Shown here piece by piece: positions 1 to 9,496 of a stretch of DNA of 32,000 nucleotides (its first letter is position 1; each line of letters opens with the position of its first letter). Position numbers and translations under genes: made by a program. Under the pieces are notes generated by a model that was given only the letters and a program-made list of their open reading frames with translations, was not told the origin of the DNA and did no database searches. The DNA comes from Thermococcus kodakarensis KOD1 (lineage in GTDB: Archaea > Methanobacteriota_B > Thermococci > Thermococcales > Thermococcaceae), in contig NC_006624.1 of NCBI RefSeq assembly GCF_000009965.1, positions 300,001 through 332,000 on the forward strand, in the 5' to 3' direction.

Positions 1-2
1 AA

Positions 3-830
3 GAGGACGTTAAGCTCTCCGATGGGGAGGAGAGAACCCTGACCATAAAGCTCAGGCGCGCGGAGTACTACTTCAAGGCTTCCCTAGAGAGGGATGTCCT
101 AACCGTAACATCAGGAAGTGGGGGGAGCGTCGCGATAACTATCAAGAACCTCGGATCCAAGGACGACGATTACAGGGTCACTGTTGAAGGGCTCCCCGAG
201 GGCTGGAGCTACATCCTCAGCCAGGACCCCAAAGGCACCGTTCCAATAGCGAGCATTAAAGTCCCGAGCGGAGAAAGTGGAAGCGCATATCTAGTCATCC
301 TTCCGCCGTTCAACGTAGAATCCGGGGACTTAAACGCCACGGTGGTCGTTTCAGGCTCAAACTCAAGAGTTGAGCTTCCCCTCAAGATTCATGTCGAGAA
401 CCCTGCGTCCCTCCGCGTAAACGTGGACAATCCAACCCTGACGGTTAAAGCGGGTGGAAGCACCGCCACTGCACTCTGGCTGGATGCGATGGGAACAGTT
501 ACCAACGTCAAGTTCACAGTACAGGCCCCGAGCGGCTGGGACGTTGAAGTTGTCCCATCAACGATTCCCCGCGTTGGGATGGGGGGAAGAGGCGGTGTTT
601 ACTGGTCAACGGGGCCGGCCCAGGCCGAACTCAGGATCCGCGTTCCAAAATCAGCTCCCGCAGGTACGTACACTATAACCGTGACGGCTGCGGGTGATCA
701 GGCAAAGGCCGAGACCGTGGTAACCGTCAGGGTTGCTCAGAGCTCAAGCGGCACCTGGATCGGCATCCTCCTCCTTGTGGTGGCGTTCGGCGTGGTGATA
801 TGGCTTATGAGGAGGGTAGGCAGGAGATGA
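3..830 (+). CDS. Cell-surface protein, C-terminal part (open at window edge): repeated NEW3/CARDB-like Ig-fold domains plus C-terminal TM anchor
   Basis: Frame 3 is open from nt 3 to TGA 828-830; the track ORF 342..830 is only its GTG-initiated tail. Repeated pattern SVAITIKNLGSKDDDYRVTVEGLPEGWSY and FTVQAPSGWDVEV...PKSAPAGTYTITVTA is typical of NEW3/COG1470-type domains. It ends in the helix WIGILLLVVAFGVVIWL followed by RRVGRR. Confidence 0.6.
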   Translation, partial: EDVKLSDGEERTLTIKLRRAEYYFKASLERDVLTVTSGSGGSVAITIKNLGSKDDDYRVTVEGLPEGWSYILSQDPKGTVPIASIKVPSGESGSAYLVILPPFNVESGDLNATVVVSGSNSRVELPLKIHVENPASLRVNVDNPTLTVKAGGSTATALWLDAMGTVTNVKFTVQAPSGWDVEVVPSTIPRVGMGGRGGVYWSTGPAQAELRIRVPKSAPAGTYTITVTAAGDQAKAETVVTVRVAQSSSGTWIGILLLVVAFGVVIWLMRRVGRR

Positions 831-1753
831 ACCCCATCTGGAACCTGGCTCTCAAGGAGCTCTACGTCTCTGTAAAGAGCAGAAGGTTCATCGTTATCGT
901 TGTCCTCTACTTTATCATTTTTGGACTGGCCGTCTACTCTATCAAGGATTACCTTGTGCAGATGGGCGTTCCGAGCGTCGACTCCAACGAGCTTGGCCTC
1001 TGGGGTGTCAGCGCCGAGATTTACACAACACCCCTCGCGATGCTTTTCACCGTCAACATGACGATAATAACCGTCCTCGGTGCCGTCTTAGGTGTTGCCC
1101 TCGGCGCGGACGCGATAAACAGGGAAGTCGAGAGCGGTACAGTGAGGGTACTGCTCGGCCACCCCGTCTACCGCGACGAGATCATAAACGGAAAGTTCCT
1201 CGGCATGGGTTTGCTGATAGCCGTGACTTACATGGTCTCTTACATAGTCATGATAGCCGTAATGCTCATCCTTGGAATACCCCTCGACGGAGAATCACTT
1301 TTTAGGAGCTTCCTGGCGATTCTGGTGACAATGCTCTACACGATGGTCTTCTTATCCCTGGGAATCCTCCTCTCTACGCTCTCAAAGAAGCCCGAAACCT
1401 CAATGCTGGCGGGAGTCGGTCTTGCCATCTTCCTGACGGTGTTCTATGGCATAGTAGTAGGCATAGTCGCTCCAAAGCTCGCTGGCCCCGAACCTCCAAT
1501 AGGCACAAGTGCCTACCAGATATGGGCCGATGAGCTCCACGTCTGGATGAACAGGCTTCACTCCATAAACCCCGCCCACCACTATGTTCAGCTGGTCAGC
1601 TACATCTTCGCAGGCGACAGGTTCTTCAACTACTACATCCCGCTGAGCGATTCACTCATCTACGGCTTCAACAACCTCGCAGCCCTGCTTGTAATGCTGC
1701 TCCTGCCCTTTGCCCTGGCTTATGCCAGGTTCCTCACAAGCGATCTGAACTGA
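827..1753 (+). CDS. ABC-2-type transporter permease (polytopic membrane protein)
   Basis: N-terminus MNPIWNLALKELYVSVKSRRF followed by ~6 hydrophobic helices, typical of ABC-2/NosY-like permeases. ATG 827 overlaps the upstream stop (ATGA). The alternative in-frame ATG at 800 is the track start. Confidence 0.6.
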   Translation: MNPIWNLALKELYVSVKSRRFIVIVVLYFIIFGLAVYSIKDYLVQMGVPSVDSNELGLWGVSAEIYTTPLAMLFTVNMTIITVLGAVLGVALGADAINREVESGTVRVLLGHPVYRDEIINGKFLGMGLLIAVTYMVSYIVMIAVMLILGIPLDGESLFRSFLAILVTMLYTMVFLSLGILLSTLSKKPETSMLAGVGLAIFLTVFYGIVVGIVAPKLAGPEPPIGTSAYQIWADELHVWMNRLHSINPAHHYVQLVSYIFAGDRFFNYYIPLSDSLIYGFNNLAALLVMLLLPFALAYARFLTSDLN

Positions 1754-1807
1754 CTCCTCTCTTTTTAATGTCGAAGAATCAGAAGAACAAAAAACAGAGA
1801 AGTTACA

Positions 1808-3247
1808 TCATCCCTTCGCAACGCCCATCGGCCTCATTCTCGCAACGAGGTTCGCTATTCCGGCCTCATGGACGACCTGGACGACGTTGTCCACGCTCTT
1901 GTACGCACCTGGGGCCTCCTCGGCAACGACGCGGAGGGAAGCGGCCCTCACGTAGATGCCCCTCTGGAGGAGTTCGTTCCTGAGTCTGTCGCCGCGGTAC
2001 TGTCTGGTGGCAGCTTTCCTGCTCAGGAGCCTTCCAGCGCCGTGGCAGGAGCTTCCGAAGGTCTCTCTCATCGAGCCCTCCGCTCCAGCGAGGACGTAGC
2101 TGGCGGTACCCATCGAGCCTGGAATTAGAACCGGCTGGCCGACGTCCCTGTATGCCCTCGGAACATCCGGGTGGCCAGCGGGGAAGGCCCTCGTAGCGCC
2201 CTTCCTGTGCACGACGACCTTCACCTTCTTCCCGTCAACCTCGTGCTCCTCAAGCTTAGCTATGTTGTGGGCGACGTCATAGACGATCTCCATCTCCATG
2301 TCTTCTGCTTTCCTCTTGAAGACTTCCTCAAAGCTCTCCCTGACCCAGTGGGTTATCATCTGCCTGTTGGCCCAGGCGAAGTTGGCGGCCGCTTTCATCG
2401 CGCTGAAATACTGCTGTCCTTCCTCGCTCTGGAACGGGACGCTCACAAGCTCCCTGTCCGGCCACGGGACTCCATACTTCCTGTTGGCCTTCTCCATTAT
2501 CCTCAGGTAGTCGCTCGCAACCTGGTGGCCGAGTCCTCTGCTTCCCGTGTGTACCATGACCACAACTTGGCCCTCGAAGAGGCCGTAGGCCTTGGCTATC
2601 TCCTCGTTGTATACCTTGTCAACGTACTGAACCTCAAGGAAGTGGTTTCCGGAGCCAAGGGAACCGAGCTGTGGTGCACCCCTCTGCTTCGCCTTCTGGC
2701 TGACGGCATCTGGATCCGCCCCTTCCATCCTTCCTCCTTCTTCGAGATGCTCAAGGTCTCTCTCCCAGCCGTAGCCGTTGTCAACCGCCCACTTGGCACC
2801 GTCGGCCAATACATCGTCAAGCTGTGTCCAGTGAAGCCTCACGCGGCCCTTGCTTCCAAGTCCGCTCGGGACGTTCTTGAAGAGGGTGTCAACGAGCTCC
2901 TTGATTTTCGGTCTAACTTCATCCTTTGTCAAGTTAGTTCTGATGAGCCTGACACCACAGTTAATGTCGTATCCAACACCCCCTGGGCTTATTACGCCCT
3001 CCTTTGCGTCAAAGGCAGCCACTCCACCGATTGGGAAGCCGTAACCCTGGTGTCCATCTGGCATTACGATGGAGTACTTGTAGATGCCCGGGAGCATGGC
3101 AACGTTCGCGGCCTGCTCAAGCGTCCTGTCCTGCTTCATCTTCTCGATGAGCTGGTCATCAGCGTAGACCCTGCCCGGTACTCTCATTCTCTTGTCGAAC
3201 TTCGGTATCTCCCAGCGAATCTTGTCTATCCTCTTCAGTGGCACCAT
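1808..3247 (-). CDS. rtcB: RNA-splicing ligase RtcB (3'-phosphate/5'-hydroxyl tRNA ligase)
   Basis: Full-length match to remembered Pyrococcus RtcB: [63 protein letters not shown]-terminal [10 protein letters not shown]. No intein. ATG 3247 is preceded by GGTGAG; the track start 3256 is an upstream GTG. Confidence 0.95.
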   Translation of the reverse strand: MVPLKRIDKIRWEIPKFDKRMRVPGRVYADDQLIEKMKQDRTLEQAANVAMLPGIYKYSIVMPDGHQGYGFPIGGVAAFDAKEGVISPGGVGYDINCGVRLIRTNLTKDEVRPKIKELVDTLFKNVPSGLGSKGRVRLHWTQLDDVLADGAKWAVDNGYGWERDLEHLEEGGRMEGADPDAVSQKAKQRGAPQLGSLGSGNHFLEVQYVDKVYNEEIAKAYGLFEGQVVVMVHTGSRGLGHQVASDYLRIMEKANRKYGVPWPDRELVSVPFQSEEGQQYFSAMKAAANFAWANRQMITHWVRESFEEVFKRKAEDMEMEIVYDVAHNIAKLEEHEVDGKKVKVVVHRKGATRAFPAGHPDVPRAYRDVGQPVLIPGSMGTASYVLAGAEGSMRETFGSSCHGAGRLLSRKAATRQYRGDRLRNELLQRGIYVRAASLRVVAEEAPGAYKSVDNVVQVVHEAGIANLVARMRPMGVAKG

Positions 3248-3309
3248 CTCTCTCACCCCACCCCTTAGGTAGCCCTAAAGTTATTTTAAGGTTTCGAGGA
3301 ACAAAACCG

Positions 3310-3768
3310 TTACTCCGCCCTAAGCCTCCTCTCCTTCGGGACGTAGTTTAGGAGTCTCCCGTCTTTAGCCTTCGCTGAACCGAGGTAGTAGGAACGCCAC
3401 TTCAGGATGAACCAGCCGTAGAGATTTTCATCGACCTCGATGCTCTCACCGGCCAGATACCTTCTCGCCCGTTCGTCGTCCAGCTCTACCACGTTCTTCG
3501 TCGCCTTCGGCCCGACAAGAAAGCTTCCCTCGATGGTCAGCCTTATCCCGTCGCTCTCGATCCTTCCGAAGTAGAGCCAGCCGTCGTTCCTGCCGACGTC
3601 TAGGGGGCAGGGCTTCCTCGCATAGACCTTCTGGTGGTTGCCCCTGATGAGGTATATCAGGTCTAGAGCGTAGCCGTAGTTCTCGATGAGAAGTCTCTTT
3701 ACAAGCTCTGCATCGTTCGTCTTCCCTATCTCATTCCTCGGGTTCGCCTTCTCCTCACTCACCGCCAT
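3310..3768 (-). CDS. Stand-alone PUA-like RNA-binding module resembling the C-terminal domain of RsmF/NOL1-NOP2-Sun methyltransferases
   Basis: The C-terminal pattern VELDDERARRYLAGESIEV...YGWFILKWRSYYLGSAKAKDGRLLNYVPKERRL matches the remembered consensus of the RsmF C-terminal PUA-like domain (veL..eea..yL.Ge....GW.lv......LG.gK...g.lKN..Pk..R). It overlaps the stop of the upstream methyltransferase gene by 14 nt. Confidence 0.55.
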   Translation of the reverse strand: MAVSEEKANPRNEIGKTNDAELVKRLLIENYGYALDLIYLIRGNHQKVYARKPCPLDVGRNDGWLYFGRIESDGIRLTIEGSFLVGPKATKNVVELDDERARRYLAGESIEVDENLYGWFILKWRSYYLGSAKAKDGRLLNYVPKERRLRAE

Positions 3769-4693
3769 CACCCGGCTTGACTATCTTAGCTATGAAGAAC
3801 GCCTCGGTGTCGTTGTCGTTCGGGTGGATCCTCAAAGCTTTCTTCAGCTCCTCCGAGTACTCCTTCCCCTCCCATTCAAGCACCGGCTCGCTGGTCTTAA
3901 CGGGGAGGTCTATTCTCTCAAGCCTCGCGTCCGTCTTCCTGAGGAGATAATCCACGACCTCCTCGTTTTCTAGGGGGTCTATCGTGCAGGTTGAGTACAC
4001 CATAACTCCCCCGGGCTTTAAGGCCCTGTAGCCGGCCAAGATGAGCCTCTTCTGAACGTTCATGTACTTAACCACGGCTTTCTCGCGCCACTCCCTCAGG
4101 AAGCGCCAGCTCTTCCTTATCATCCCCACCGAGGAGCAGGGAGCATCGAGGAGAACCCTGTCAAAGGTGTTTTCGAAGCGGGCAAAGCTTGCCCCGTCTC
4201 TGGTTGTTACCCTCGCTATGAGAACTCCCATCCTGTTGAGGTTGGCTATCAGAACGTTCGCTCTGTCCCTGTTTGGGTCGTTTGCTATTATGCAACCCTC
4301 GTTCTGCATGTATTGCGCTATCTGTCCAGTTTTTGACCCCGGTGCCGCAGCCATGTCTAGAACGAGTTCTCCCGGCTTCGGGTCGAGAACGACCGGAGGT
4401 ATCATCGAGCTGGCCTCCTGGCCGAAGACCAGGCCGAGGCCGTGCTCCGGAACCCTAGCGAGGTTGTCCACGTTTATGAAGAAGCCCTCGCGAACCCAGG
4501 GGATCGGCTCAAGCTCAAACTCCTCTTTAAGCCTCTCAACGATGACCTCTAGAGGTGCCTTTAGGGTATTTACCCTGATGCTCTGCCTGAGCGGCCTTAT
4601 CAGGAACTCCCAGAACTCGTCGCTGTCCTCTAACTTCGAATACCTCTCGTAAAAGGCTGGATTCGCCTCCTTAACAACGTCCCTCGCGCTCAT
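3755..4693 (-). CDS. trm4: tRNA/rRNA cytosine-C5 methyltransferase, NOL1/NOP2/Sun family (archaeal Trm4-like)
   Basis: SAM-binding motif LDMAAAPGSKT, motif IV DAPCS and motif VI YSTCT with the two catalytic cysteines. Lies directly downstream of archease. Confidence 0.85.
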   Translation of the reverse strand: MSARDVVKEANPAFYERYSKLEDSDEFWEFLIRPLRQSIRVNTLKAPLEVIVERLKEEFELEPIPWVREGFFINVDNLARVPEHGLGLVFGQEASSMIPPVVLDPKPGELVLDMAAAPGSKTGQIAQYMQNEGCIIANDPNRDRANVLIANLNRMGVLIARVTTRDGASFARFENTFDRVLLDAPCSSVGMIRKSWRFLREWREKAVVKYMNVQKRLILAGYRALKPGGVMVYSTCTIDPLENEEVVDYLLRKTDARLERIDLPVKTSEPVLEWEGKEYSEELKKALRIHPNDNDTEAFFIAKIVKPGDGGE

Positions 4694-4702
4694 GGTGATC
4701 CC

Positions 4703-5131
4703 TCACAGGTCTGGAACGAACTGCGCCATCCATCTTCCATCGGGGAGCTTTTCAATCTTCATGTCGTGGTACGTTATTGCCTTGACTTCTTCCTTCGGCT
4801 CGTGCTTTTCTGGGTTGAGAACTTCTCCACAGGCCTTGGCTTTGAGTTTGTAGCCGTTCTCGGTCTTCTCTATCCGAACCTTAACGTCCCCGAAAACCAG
4901 CCCTTCCATGTCGTGGAGAACCAAAAGCTCCTCAAGGAAGCTGTATAGAAGTGCCTCAAGGTCTTCCTCCTCAACTTCAACTTCCCTGCACTCCTTAGGC
5001 TCGACTTTCTTAACGTTCACCATGACGTCGAAGAGACCGAGTGCAACGGCCTCAAAGGCCTCCTCCAGCGTTGAGCCGTAACCGCGAACGCCTATATCAG
5101 CAGTGTGCTCGTAGTGTTCCCATTTCCTCAT
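4703..5131 (-). CDS. Archease
   Basis: 142 aa, [27 protein letters not shown]...ITYHDMKIE. The HTADI signature and size are typical of archease. 9-nt gap to the trm4 start. Confidence 0.9.
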   Translation of the reverse strand: MRKWEHYEHTADIGVRGYGSTLEEAFEAVALGLFDVMVNVKKVEPKECREVEVEEEDLEALLYSFLEELLVLHDMEGLVFGDVKVRIEKTENGYKLKAKACGEVLNPEKHEPKEEVKAITYHDMKIEKLPDGRWMAQFVPDL

Positions 5132-5278
5132 ACTCTCACCCCCTCACCCATTATTCTCTTTTCTCTATCGTCTCGCATCTCCCTCACGAGCTTTCCGCTG
5201 TCCTCTCTTGGAACATCCAGAGGTTTAAAGAACTCCCATTCCTCTTCCACGTTTCCACCTGAAGAGAATTCGAGTGAG

Positions 5279-5289
5279 TTTTTATAAAT
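5279..5289 (+). promoter_or_regulatory. TATA-like box (TTTTTATAAAT) upstream of panB
   Basis: The only strong A/T box in the divergent 5132-5343 spacer, ~55 nt upstream of ATG 5344, which is preceded by GGTAGGGGTGGTGA. Confidence 0.3.
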
Positions 5290-5343
5290 CCCACTAATCG
5301 AAACCGTTAATTAGACCGCCGTCTAAATGGTAGGGGTGGTGAC

Positions 5344-6198
5344 ATGAGGGAGATAACGCCGAGGAAGATAATCGAGATGAAGGGGAAGGAAAAGATAGCG
5401 ATGGTAACGGCTTACGATTATCCCTCCGCTCTTCTCGCCGACAAGGCTGGCATGGACATAGTCTTCGTCGGAGACTCGCTCGGGATGGTTGTCTACGGCG
5501 AGCCTAACACTCTCAACGTCAGCATGGAACAGATGGTCTTCCACACGCGGGCAGTTGCCAAGGCCGTAAAGAGGGCTCTAGTTCTCGCGGACATGCCCTT
5601 CGGAAGCTACGAGGTCAGCGTCGAAGAAGGCGTTAAGAACGCGATGAGGCTAATTCGGGCTGGAGCTGATGCGGTAAAGATAGAAGGCGGCTACGATCAC
5701 AAAAAGCTCGTTAAAAAGCTCGTCCGCATGGGAATCCCAGTCATGGGCCATACGGGGCTTACTCCACAGCGCTACCTCCGCCTTGGGGGCTACAGACTGA
5801 TGGGTGAGACTGAGGAAGAGATCGAGGAGATTCTGCGCGATGCCAAGGCCCTTGAAAAGGCCGGCGCCTTCGCTGTGGTTCTTGAGTTCGTTCTTGCAGA
5901 TGTGGCAAAGCTCGTGACGGAGGAGGTTTCAATCCCGACCATAGGCATCGGGGCGGGGCCTCACGTTGACGGCCAGGTCTTGGTGTGGCACGACCTCCTC
6001 GGAATCTACGAGAACGTTCCCCCATTTGTCAAGAAGTATGCCGATTTAGCCAGCATAATTCAGCTCGCCCTCGAGAACTACCGCGGGGAAGTCAAAGAGG
6101 GTAGATTCCCGGCTAAAGAGCACTACTGGGAGTTCCTCGACAAGGACGACTTCGAGAGAAAGAAGATGAAGGCCCTTGAACGCCTGGAGGACGAATGA
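5344..6198 (+). CDS. panB: 3-methyl-2-oxobutanoate hydroxymethyltransferase (ketopantoate hydroxymethyltransferase)
   Basis: [55 protein letters not shown]: the canonical PanB motif series. Confidence 0.9.
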   Translation: MREITPRKIIEMKGKEKIAMVTAYDYPSALLADKAGMDIVFVGDSLGMVVYGEPNTLNVSMEQMVFHTRAVAKAVKRALVLADMPFGSYEVSVEEGVKNAMRLIRAGADAVKIEGGYDHKKLVKKLVRMGIPVMGHTGLTPQRYLRLGGYRLMGETEEEIEEILRDAKALEKAGAFAVVLEFVLADVAKLVTEEVSIPTIGIGAGPHVDGQVLVWHDLLGIYENVPPFVKKYADLASIIQLALENYRGEVKEGRFPAKEHYWEFLDKDDFERKKMKALERLEDE

Positions 6199-6863
6199 TG
6201 CTCGGTGGTATGAGGATAAGCGTGGTAATTCCTGCATACAACGAGGAGAAGCGGCTTCCAAAAGTCCTTGAGAGGATTCCTGAGTTCGTTGACGAGGTTA
6301 TTGTCGTTGATGACGGCTCGTCTGATAATACTTATTCCTCTGCCCTCTCCTTTTCCGAAAAAGATCCTCGGGTTAAGGCCTTCAGGCTTGAAAAGAACTG
6401 CGGCAAGGGCTGTGCTATGAGAGAGGGCATAAAGCACACCACAGGAGACATCGTGGTCTTCATGGACGCCGACGGCCAACACCTTCCAGAAGAGATTGGA
6501 AAGCTTGTGAGGCCAATAGTTGAGGGGAGGGCAGACCTCGTAATCGGTGCAAGGAAGGTCGAGGTGCAGGGTAAGAGACCACTCCACAGGAGGCTGAGCA
6601 ACATAATAACGACGAGGCTCATCAGGCTGAAGCTTGGGACTTACGTCTACGACACCCAGAGCGGCTTTAGAGCTTACAGGCGGGGGTTTCTACCCGAGAT
6701 AGAGAGCGACCGCTACGAGGTAGAAACCGAGATGCTGATAAAAGCTGCAAAAATGGGGGCGAAAATAGTCGAGGTTCCTGTCAGTATGATATACGGTGTG
6801 GAGACAGGACATTTTAGGGCTGAGGATGTATTCAGATTCCTGCTGGCCCTGTTGAGAGGGTGA
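6195..6863 (+). CDS. Family 2 glycosyltransferase (dolichyl-phosphate sugar synthase-like)
   Basis: [21 protein letters not shown] and the DXD motif [14 protein letters not shown] overlap with the panB stop. Confidence 0.8.
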   Translation: MMLGGMRISVVIPAYNEEKRLPKVLERIPEFVDEVIVVDDGSSDNTYSSALSFSEKDPRVKAFRLEKNCGKGCAMREGIKHTTGDIVVFMDADGQHLPEEIGKLVRPIVEGRADLVIGARKVEVQGKRPLHRRLSNIITTRLIRLKLGTYVYDTQSGFRAYRRGFLPEIESDRYEVETEMLIKAAKMGAKIVEVPVSMIYGVETGHFRAEDVFRFLLALLRG

Positions 6864-7262
6864 TTGCCTTTTTAGGGGCTCTTGAATTAGCGTTTGTTGT
6901 GTCTCTTATTGTTCAGCAGTGGTCCATCAAACTCTTCAGCTCTTTTGAGAACTCATTGGATTTTCTACCCAAAATCCAAAGGTTTATAAGAAGTTTTTGC
7001 AATCCCTATAATAAGGGTTGCATAATACTCAACGGATTCATTGGTGCAAGGGGATACGAGCGGCTTGTTGCAGTTGTGCTCCCGGGTGACAGGGATTGTA
7101 TCAGTGTTTGCAGTGGCTTTTCTACTAAATTTTTGACCCTTTTAGCGTTAGGGCACACATTGTAGATAACTGGTGAGAAATAGTCCAGACATCAAAAGGG
7201 AGCTACTCAGCGGCAATGATGAGCAGGTGTTGGAAGTGAGAATGGCCTTCCGATAATAATAA

Positions 7263-7339
7263 TGGAGCCGGGACCGGGATTTGAACCCGGGACCTGCGGA
7301 TTACGAGTCCGCCGCCCTGCCGAGCTAGGCTACCCCGGC
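7263..7339 (-). tRNA. tRNA-Thr (anticodon CGT), CCA encoded
   Basis: The minus strand reads GCCGGGG-TA-GCCT-AGCTCGGCA-GGGC-G-GCGGA-CTCGTAA-TCCGC-AGGTC-CCGGG-TTCAAAT-CCCGG-TCCCGGC-T-CCA. This is a complete cloverleaf with a 7-nt anticodon loop and CGT at positions 34-36. Confidence 0.9.
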
Positions 7340-7380
7340 ACGTTTAAAAGTGGGGGGAGAGCGATTTATAAGCTTTTTCC

Positions 7381-8205
7381 TCATGGCTGGTTCAGTAGCG
7401 CCCTGAACAGCAGTATCCACTTCTGGGGTTCTAGCGAAAACAGCAGCAAAAGAGCCGCCAGCAGAAAATTCAGTAAGGTGACGGCACTCAGGGATCTAAT
7501 CTCCAGCTGGTACAGGGTTCTTGGTATTTTTGCCATCCACCCATCGGTCAGCGATGAAATTGCCCACGCAAGGAGGAACCCAGCCAGGACATCGTATATC
7601 CAGTGGTGTATTAGTAAGACCGTTGCAAAGGGGATCAGGGTGTTGATAGTCAAAAGCACCTTTCCACCAAGCCTTTTCCGGTATTTCCATATGGTAATTA
7701 TGTGAATCGCCGCAAACGTGTTGTGGAGTGAAGGGAGTACGAACTCCTGCCTCGTAAAAAGGTTGTCAGTGTCGTATCCTGGAACGTTGTAAACGTAGTG
7801 CGGCGCATAAATGTGGAACGTTAAATATATCGCTCCCGCCGTGGCATAGGCGATGAAGTATCTGGCGAGCAGTTCATCCGACGTTTGGAAGTCCTTGAGG
7901 TAGATAAGGACGTAGAGAACCATGAACGCTATGGATCCAGCGAATCCAATGTAATAAACTGCGTTTAGGAGATGGTATACGGGAGGAATGCTTTTAGTTG
8001 TGTTTAACAGTGTTAGAATGAAATCACGAGAGTTGAACGGGAGCTTGATAAATTGCTCCGTTACGTCAACACTCCACCGCCCGATGTATATGTACAGAAT
8101 ACTGAAAAACATCCACCCAAAGTAACTCAAAAGAAACGCGTTTAGTCTAACTAGGACGTCTTTTGCGATCCTTGATTTGATGTCATCACAAAGATGGCCG
8201 TTCAC
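7381..8205 (-). CDS. PAP2-superfamily integral membrane protein (phosphatase/phosphotransferase-like)
   Basis: Polytopic membrane protein with PSLH and HHWIYDV, matching the PSGH and H-x3-D motifs of the PAP2 superfamily. GTG start after GGTGATGAG. Visibly more AT-rich than its neighbours. Confidence 0.5.
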   Translation of the reverse strand: MNGHLCDDIKSRIAKDVLVRLNAFLLSYFGWMFFSILYIYIGRWSVDVTEQFIKLPFNSRDFILTLLNTTKSIPPVYHLLNAVYYIGFAGSIAFMVLYVLIYLKDFQTSDELLARYFIAYATAGAIYLTFHIYAPHYVYNVPGYDTDNLFTRQEFVLPSLHNTFAAIHIITIWKYRKRLGGKVLLTINTLIPFATVLLIHHWIYDVLAGFLLAWAISSLTDGWMAKIPRTLYQLEIRSLSAVTLLNFLLAALLLLFSLEPQKWILLFRALLNQP

Positions 8206-8315
8206 TTCTCATCACCAGGAGTCAATGATTTAACTTTCAGTAGTATCATCCCCAGATTTTGGACATTGGCTTATAAAATTTTTTGGTAGTATCCACGTCA
8301 AAAGTTGAAACTAAC

Positions 8316-8891
8316 TCAGATCAAGTCCTGGAGGATCTTTTGGAACTCCCCCAAAGAGGCACGGACAACCGGGTATTTGGGCGTAAACGGACATGGGGGC
8401 TCTTTCCTTGAACTTATCTCGAACGTCCCTATTTCTTTTGCTATTCTCACTATCTCCTCCTTGTCCAGTCCTATGAGTGGCCTTAAGATTGGCAGGTCGC
8501 TGGCAGTGCTCACAACCATCAGGTTGTCGAGGGTCTGGGAAGCGACCTGTCCCAGAGAGTCGCCCGTTATTATTGCACTCGCCCCGATTTCGTGGCCGAT
8601 CCTGCAGGCTTTTCTCAGCATCAGCCACTTGCACAGGACGCAGGTGTATTTGATTTTCCCGAGTTCTCTAAGTTTCTCAAAGGCTGGAACGTGTTCCTCG
8701 GAGAAGTTCACAATGATTGGGTCGCTGAGCTTCCCGTAGCGCTTCAGGATCTCGACTATCTCCGAGGCCTTTTCTTCCTTGATGGAGTCCTGCCTGAAGT
8801 GGATGGGCGTTATCTCTACGCCCCTCCTAAGCATTAGGTAAATGGCCACGGGCGAATCAATACCAGAGCTGAGCAGGGCGACGGCTTTCAT
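8316..8891 (-). CDS. Stand-alone PP-loop ATP-pyrophosphatase domain protein, ThiI C-terminal-domain paralog (no THUMP/N-terminal domains)
   Basis: 191 aa, collinear with residues ~190-375 of the ThiI at 9497..10642. PP-loop ALLSSGIDSP, YTCVLCKW, ITGDSLGQVASQTLDNL, RPLIGLDKEEIV, CPFTPKYP. Confidence 0.75.
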   Translation of the reverse strand: MKAVALLSSGIDSPVAIYLMLRRGVEITPIHFRQDSIKEEKASEIVEILKRYGKLSDPIIVNFSEEHVPAFEKLRELGKIKYTCVLCKWLMLRKACRIGHEIGASAIITGDSLGQVASQTLDNLMVVSTASDLPILRPLIGLDKEEIVRIAKEIGTFEISSRKEPPCPFTPKYPVVRASLGEFQKILQDLI

Positions 8892-8934
8892 GGTCTATCC
8901 TCTCTGGAGACCCCTTTAAGGCTCTTTCCAGAAC

Positions 8935-9411
8935 CTAAAGTTTGAAACCTTTAAGGAGTAAGAGGCCAATGTAAGCGAACCACGCTAATATCGTGGCAGC
9001 CCCAACCAGCTCAGGGATTGCGAGTCCCTTGAAGACCCTCGTGAGGTAGAGCATCGCGAAGAAAGTTAGGACGGCTAGAGCGCTCCACAGGTAGCCAAAC
9101 TTCACTCCGGAGCGCCAGAGCTTGATACCTATTATCGCTATGTCAGTCAGCGCCAGCAGGTAGAAGAGAACCGCCGATGGCGCGTGGAGCGCCTTTTCCT
9201 CGGGAAAGACGCCGACAAGGAACAGGAAGATCGCCGCCGCTGGCATCAAGTAGCTGAGCCCGTTTCTGAATGCCGCTATCGATGGAACCAGTGTTATCAG
9301 CGCGTAAACCATCAGGAAGCCGTTGAACCACCACCGGGCAGGATTTTTGAGAGAGCCCATGTCGCTGAGGGCGTTGTCGGTGAAGGAGAACCAGGGGTTC
9401 TGATGTATCAC
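8935..9411 (-). CDS. Polytopic membrane protein (DUF998-like); N-terminus uncertain
   Basis: Five hydrophobic helices. The track start is GTG 9411, but the frame stays open upstream to 9573 and encodes a further basic segment plus TM helix with no ATG/GTG/TTG (see findings). Confidence 0.5.
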   Translation of the reverse strand: MIHQNPWFSFTDNALSDMGSLKNPARWWFNGFLMVYALITLVPSIAAFRNGLSYLMPAAAIFLFLVGVFPEEKALHAPSAVLFYLLALTDIAIIGIKLWRSGVKFGYLWSALAVLTFFAMLYLTRVFKGLAIPELVGAATILAWFAYIGLLLLKGFKL

Positions 9412-9496
9412 TATTGAAAGTCCGACTGCAAAGATGATGGGAAGAGAAAGCGCGACGTAACCCCCAAACTTCGCAAGTTCACGTGCTCTTCCCTCC

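Noticed and set aside
2171-3268. 365-aa plus-strand ORF
   Set aside because: Entirely antisense to the unmistakable rtcB gene. Its Leu/Val/Pro/His-rich shadow-frame composition has no motifs.
4062-4652. 196-aa plus-strand ORF
   Set aside because: Antisense to the Trm4-like methyltransferase; Ser/Arg-rich low-complexity translation.
6860-7165. 101-aa ORF downstream of the GT2 gene
   Set aside because: GTG start, no SD, odd Cys/Phe-rich composition, and it lies in an AT-rich hairpin-containing gap. More likely non-coding, though not excluded.
7215-7262. ATGATGA (C-box-like) next to tRNA-Thr as a second C/D sRNA
   Set aside because: No CTGA D box at the required ~40-nt distance (only CCGA after 27 nt), no C'/D' pair and no terminal stem.
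7262-7705. 147-aa plus-strand ORF
   Set aside because: Its first 26 codons are the complement of tRNA-Thr, and the rest is antisense to the PAP2-like membrane protein gene.
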